Shown here piece by piece: positions 62,762 through 64,000 of a DNA stretch of 64,000 bases (position 1 is the stretch's first letter; each line of letters begins with the position of its first letter). Origin of the DNA: an uncultured Kingella sp. (GTDB taxonomy: Bacteria; Pseudomonadota; Gammaproteobacteria; Burkholderiales; Neisseriaceae); NCBI GenBank assembly GCA_963520365.1, contig CAUQQW010000002.1, positions 37-64,036 on the forward strand, written 5' to 3'. The position numbers were made by a program, and so were the translations under genes. The notes under the pieces were generated by a model. It was given only the letters and a program-made list of their open reading frames with translations, ran no database searches and had not been told where the DNA came from.

Positions 62762-63292
62762 ATGACCGAAACCACTCAAAACACCGAACTAGACACACAA
62801 GCCCAACCCCAAACCGAGCCGGCCGAGCAGCCCACATTAGAATCCCTGCAAGAGCGCATCGCCGAGCTAGAAGGGCAGCTTAAAGATGAGCAACTGCGCG
62901 GCTTGGCAAATGAGCAAAACTTGCGCCGCCGTCATCAAGACGAAATTCAGGCTGCCCATAAATTTGCTGCGCAAAAATTCGCCGCCGAAATGCTCATCGT
63001 TAAAGACTACTTAGAAATGGCGCTGCAAGACCAAAGCGGCAATTTTGAAGCAATGAAAATGGGCGTTAGCATGACGCTCAACGAGCTCAACAAAGCCTTT
63101 GATACTACCCAAATCAAAGAAATCGCCGCCGAAAAAGGCAGTAAACTAGACCCCCATCAACACCAAGCCATGCAAGAAGTGGATGCGCCCGAGCAAGAAG
63201 CGGGCACCATCGTCGGCACACTCAAAAAAGGCTACACCCTACACGAGCGCGTATTGCGCCCCGCAATGGTAACCGTAGCCAAAGCCGCCTAA
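62762..63292 (+). CDS. grpE: Nucleotide exchange factor GrpE
   Basis: LRGLANEQNLRRR, DPHQHQAM, KGYTLHERVLRPAMVTV. Confidence 0.97.
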   Translation: MTETTQNTELDTQAQPQTEPAEQPTLESLQERIAELEGQLKDEQLRGLANEQNLRRRHQDEIQAAHKFAAQKFAAEMLIVKDYLEMALQDQSGNFEAMKMGVSMTLNELNKAFDTTQIKEIAAEKGSKLDPHQHQAMQEVDAPEQEAGTIVGTLKKGYTLHERVLRPAMVTVAKAA

Positions 63293-63476
63293 TTGGCAAG
63301 CCAAAGGCAGCCTGAAAACCACCATCCGTTTTCAGGCTGCCTTTGCACAATACCGCGCCATCCCATAACACCGTTTCAGGCTGCCCCAATCAAGCAAATC
63401 CGCTATAATTCCACCCTTTCGCGCATTAGGCGCATCGCTCTATTTCCACCAATATTCACCACGGAACAATAACAAC

Positions 63477-64000
63477 ATGAATATTCTCCTGCTCGTTATC
63501 GTATTGCTCGTTGTCCTGATTGCCGTTGTTGCTTACAACATGCACCAAGAAAACCAATATCGCCAAAAAATCCGCAGCCAATTCGGACACGCCGACAGCG
63601 ATGCCCTGCTCAACGCCAGCCACAAATCCACCCGCGACGGGCAAACATTCAGCGAAACAGGCAAACGCCTGCGCCGCAGCCCAGCCAAATCCGAATCGCA
63701 AACCACACCCATTGCCGAAGCCAATCACAGCGAATCCACCCCCCAAAGGCAGCCTGAAAACGAGCACAGCGCGTTTCGGCGTAGCCAAAACTCCAAAACC
63801 GAATTGCCACAAAGCAAACCAACAGAAAAAACCATCACACAACCTGATACCAGCGAAATCAGCATCACCATCGGAGAAAAAACTGAGCCAGCCGCCGATA
63901 AAGAAATTTCCGTCAATCTAACGCCCACTGCGCCGGCCCCAGCCAAACCCAAAATCAACCCCAATCAATCCGAGCTACAATTTGACCGCGCCGAACAACC
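63477..64000 (+). CDS. zipA: Cell division protein ZipA (5' part, runs off the window)
   Basis: Manual translation MNILLLVIVLLVVLIAVVAYNMHQENQYRQKIRSQFGHADSDALL matches the Neisseriaceae ZipA N-terminus; open to the window end, so absent from the ORF track. Confidence 0.85.
   Translation, partial: MNILLLVIVLLVVLIAVVAYNMHQENQYRQKIRSQFGHADSDALLNASHKSTRDGQTFSETGKRLRRSPAKSESQTTPIAEANHSESTPQRQPENEHSAFRRSQNSKTELPQSKPTEKTITQPDTSEISITIGEKTEPAADKEISVNLTPTAPAPAKPKINPNQSELQFDRAEQ

Overview
A 64-kb chromosomal segment from a Neisseriaceae bacterium, most likely Kingella. The sequence is saturated with the 'king' dialect DNA uptake sequence AGGCAGCCTGAA, which is characteristic of K. oralis-like species. 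Most of it is housekeeping: tuf end-rpsJ, cls, rpsO, nth, obgE, queF/yhhQ with a preQ1 riboswitch, dnaJ, ispF, ldh, tRNA-Phe, the complete atp operon, secA, ppk2, EIIA-HPr-EI, rpsP-rimM-trmD-rplS, alr, cysS, ampD, a PhoH-family gene, recQ, grpE and the start of zipA. Three modules stand out. (1) A five-gene operon encodes a FimV-like membrane/TPR protein, a receiver-like protein, an MglA/CvnD-like small GTPase and two roadblock (MglB-like) proteins, a candidate polarity or type IV pilus switch. (2) A membrane-bound CheA-like kinase lacking a CheW domain sits with CheY, CheX and an orphan amino-acid-binding lipoprotein. (3) A putative small-molecule or lipid-tailoring cluster has two GNAT-like proteins, a membrane protein, a fatty-acid desaturase, a SAM methyltransferase and two Rieske oxygenases, interleaved with REPIN-like repeats. 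The window also holds MITE-like elements, a DUS-linked repeat captured in-frame as the same 18-aa peptide in two unrelated proteins, and AT-rich orphan immunity-like genes. All calls come from reading the sequence and recognising motifs; no searches were run.
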